This document shows, piece by piece, positions 62,930 through 64,000 of a stretch of DNA of 64,000 bases. The notes beneath the pieces were generated by a model that saw only the letters and a program-made list of their open reading frames with translations, had not been told where the DNA came from and ran no database searches. The position numbers and the translations under genes are program-made. Source of the DNA: Pecten maximus (lineage: Eukaryota). The DNA lies in NCBI RefSeq assembly GCF_902652985.1, contig NC_047024.1, forward strand, positions 29,946,001 to 30,010,000, written 5' to 3'. The stretch's first letter is position 1, and each line of letters begins with the position of its first letter.

Positions 62930-63639
62930 CTACAATATAATAAGCTTTTAAGACACCTATCACCACATTAAAAATGAAATACATTTATCAGTTACCGTAT
63001 TTTATTGTTGTCAATTGTACAGATTCCATGATTGGCAACTAGTATCTCGAAGTATAAAGGGGGAGGTGAACGGAATATACAAAAGTACGTTTTGTTCAAA
63101 CCAAATATTGTTCTGTCGTGTATTCAAAATGATCTACTTTTTACCCTGTTCCTGTTTAAAAACACACCGATAAATAACACTTGAAATACCAATTTAAAAC
63201 TGCCTTATTCGACCCTTTCGGTCTGAGCAGGCATGATAAGGGTATAGCAGGGAAATCTATGAAAGTCAAAACAAAATCAGTCTACCATGTGTTAAAATAT
63301 AGCGAGGCGTGTGTCTGGTTTTATCAATTTGCATATGTTTGGATATGCAAATGTATATTCTGAACGGGTGTCAAAACATTGAATCTTATACTATTCTGTT
63401 ATACATATCTCAGTGCTAATATAGCTACTATACGTCGGCTTTCGTCATACTGAATGATTTCCCCTCATCAGTAAGTGTAAAATGAAAATATTTAAGCAAT
63501 AGATAGCAACTTTAATTTGTATTCTCTATTGTCGAAAATTCCTGAAAGAATTAATTGCTTTAAAGCAATATTGAAGAAAGAAACTACTAGTTGGACATAT
63601 TTCGATTGATATCATTATCATAATATGTAAATTACTTAC

Positions 63640-63744
63640 TGTTTCCGGTATCTACACAACGTCCATCAACATGATCACATCCTTCACCGTCACCACATGT
63701 ACATCGTTGACCGCAGCCTTCTCCGTACATTCCTCTAGGGCAAG
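63640..63744 (-). CDS. MEGF10-like receptor, laminin-type EGF exon (gene continues beyond the window)
   Basis: TTTGTCAG|; CPRGMYGEGCGQRCTCGDGEGCDHVDGRC; A|GTAAGT; 105 nt, phase 1-1. Confidence 0.85.
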
Positions 63745-64000
63745 CTGACAAATGAATAAGACTTATTTCACAGGATTCAAACAACCGCGATAATCTGGGA
63801 AGCTTGATTTGATCTCATTTACCGGGTTTTCCGTGAACAATGTGTTTATATAAACAAACAAATGTGATGAAGATTAACTTACAAAGTATGTGAGATAGGC
63901 TTTACGCTATGGATTTATATGGACTAACCCATCGTGTGAAATAAGTTGTATGCTATAAACTGAGAAATTATGTGAGATAGTTTTACGCTATCGACTTACA

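Overview
AT-rich, intron-containing animal DNA, most consistent with a bivalve mollusc (probably a scallop, inferred from the TRAF6 gene and the SINE/HINE repeat types). Protein-coding content: (i) a complete six-coding-exon TRAF6 gene on + (44661-51798, 657 aa by my exon assembly), with a candidate promoter and non-coding first exon near 27.1-27.3 kb; (ii) a rhodopsin-class peptide-type GPCR on - (11218-12138); (iii) the 3' four exons of a MEGF10/Draper/SCARF-like EGF-repeat receptor on - (61133-63744), convergent with TRAF6. The rest is mostly repeats: a decayed Gypsy LTR retrotransposon with an extra zinc-finger ORF and a ~2.5 kb 3' LTR, several Helentron-associated non-autonomous elements (HINE/pearl-like) carrying 145-160 bp satellite arrays, tRNA-derived V- and Meta-type SINEs, MITEs, a probable Penelope remnant and several minisatellites. 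Most notable: (1) a 49-bp tandem array (1695-2338) whose minus-strand monomer is essentially one minimal type I hammerhead ribozyme, with the catalytic G12 lost in every copy, next to a second hammerhead-like motif on the opposite strand; (2) a repeat/spacer array of conserved double hairpins with compensatory changes inside the Gypsy LTR; (3) a ~1 kb piece of local DNA copied into a HINE satellite array; (4) a multi-level nested transposon stack. All coordinates were read by eye; no searches or folding programs were run.
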